From: Nitrospirota bacterium
Lineage (GTDB): Bacteria; Nitrospirota; Nitrospiria; Nitrospirales; Nitrospiraceae
Length of the DNA stretch: 64,000 nucleotides
Assembly (NCBI GenBank): GCA_963703955.1
Contig: CAVPGK010000011.1
Span: 251,017-315,016, forward strand
Direction of reading: 5' to 3'
The position numbers and the translations under genes are program-made. This document shows, one piece after another, positions 63,012-64,000 of the stretch (position 1 is the first letter of the stretch; every line of letters begins with the position of its first letter). Below the pieces are notes generated by a model. The model was not told the DNA's origin. It saw only the letters and a list, made by a program, of their open reading frames with translations, and did no database searches.

Positions 63012-64000
63012 TTAATGGGCAGCCGTCAGCGCCTGGAGGACTTCTGAGTTCACCTCGCTGTTTTCCCCACCCGCACCGTCGTCGAACCCGTCGTTTACAA
63101 ACTGCGTCGAGAGCAGGTAGGCCACGCCGGCCTTGACGGCGGCCTTGGTGAGGGAGTTCTGCGGGAGGCTGTCGAGCCCGAGGACGGCATATGCCGTGAC
63201 CTGCGTCGAGCCGTCGCCCACGCCCCACGAGCCGTCGGGATTCTGCGCCGCGAGCAGATCGACCGTGAACTCGATGATCTTGCTCTTGATCAGGGGAGTG
63301 GCGGTTCCCACCGGCTTCATCGCCAGCAGCAAATGCGCCTTGCTGAGGACGTCCCAAAAGGTACCGGCGGCAGGGGCGGTCTTGTCCCAGTCCGCTTGCC
63401 GGGCGAACACCTGTGCCAGCTCGGCCAGCGCATAGGCCTTCATCGTGGGGCCGCCGATCGCCAGGGCGGTCCGGACGTCGAAGGCGACATCCCATGCGCC
63501 CAGGTTGTCGTTTCCTTGGCTGATGCGGCGATCGAGTCGTTCATCCGCGCGGGTTTTGCCAGTGAGGTCTTGGGTGATACAGGCGAACCAATTCTTCGCC
63601 GCCGTCTTGTAGCTCGCACCGGCCTTCTTGGAGAGCTCCACCATGAAGAGCACGTTGGCGGTGACGGGCCAATCCGCGGGCGTGGCGCAGGCAGCGTGCG
63701 TCAACTGCAGCGCTTTCAGAGCGTTGCCGGTCGCCACGGCTGACGCCTTGAATGGTGCTTTGTGCGTGAGATTGAAGGCGTCGAGCATCCCACGGGCGGT
63801 CACACCCAAGGTATTGATAGGTGAGGCCCCCGTGGGTCCGGTAACGCATGGGGCACCGGTCACGTCGAAGTCCCACCCGGCGTCGTCGTTCTGAAGACAC
63901 TCGAGACGCACGGCGCCGGCATCCACCGCGAGTTTGATCGTATCGACGGCGTGGGCGACCGGCGCCGCCGCCAGGGAGAGAACAAGGGCGGCGAGGAGTA
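63012..64000 (-). CDS. Secreted protein with prenyltransferase/squalene-cyclase-like repeats (start outside window)
   Basis: Signal peptide LLAALVLSLAAAPVAHA at the edge; LQNDDAGW, AQNPDGSW, TQFVNDGF repeats. Confidence 0.7.
   Translation of the reverse strand, partial: LLAALVLSLAAAPVAHAVDTIKLAVDAGAVRLECLQNDDAGWDFDVTGAPCVTGPTGASPINTLGVTARGMLDAFNLTHKAPFKASAVATGNALKALQLTHAACATPADWPVTANVLFMVELSKKAGASYKTAAKNWFACITQDLTGKTRADERLDRRISQGNDNLGAWDVAFDVRTALAIGGPTMKAYALAELAQVFARQADWDKTAPAAGTFWDVLSKAHLLLAMKPVGTATPLIKSKIIEFTVDLLAAQNPDGSWGVGDGSTQVTAYAVLGLDSLPQNSLTKAAVKAGVAYLLSTQFVNDGFDDGAGGENSEVNSEVLQALTAAH

Overview
The window appears to be two different kinds of DNA joined at about 54,520. Positions 1 to ~54,520 have moderate GC and Nitrospirota-like gene content (an inference, not searched). 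This part carries an RND efflux cluster, a divergent FecR-domain / TPR-beta-barrel gene pair, and an ECF sigma / zinc-finger anti-sigma pair divergent from a lipoprotein truncated hemoglobin, with twin ACATCC-N16-CGTA promoters between them. It also has tadA and a ~4.5 kb integrase-less island in tRNA-Ser(CGA). Unusually, the island duplicates the 5' half of the tRNA and has paired arm-like TTTCACAAC repeats. Further on are two-component genes, a panE fusion, cobB, valS-nadC-birA-coaX-grpE-dnaK-dnaJ-rsmE, a YCF48 + Cys-Cys IPT/TIG pair, ridA and deoB. At ~54,520 an N-terminally truncated PEP-CTERM gene abuts the last ~45 codons of cysS. Beyond this the DNA is much more GC-rich (amidohydrolase, SDR, NHL protein, ABC substrate-binding protein, tcuA, a racemase-family protein lacking its catalytic Cys, HAD, a secreted protein). 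The junction most likely reflects a chimeric assembly. Single-base indels in dnaK (5), dnaJ, a histidine kinase and the amidohydrolase look like long-read consensus errors. No CRISPR array, rRNA or transposase was seen.
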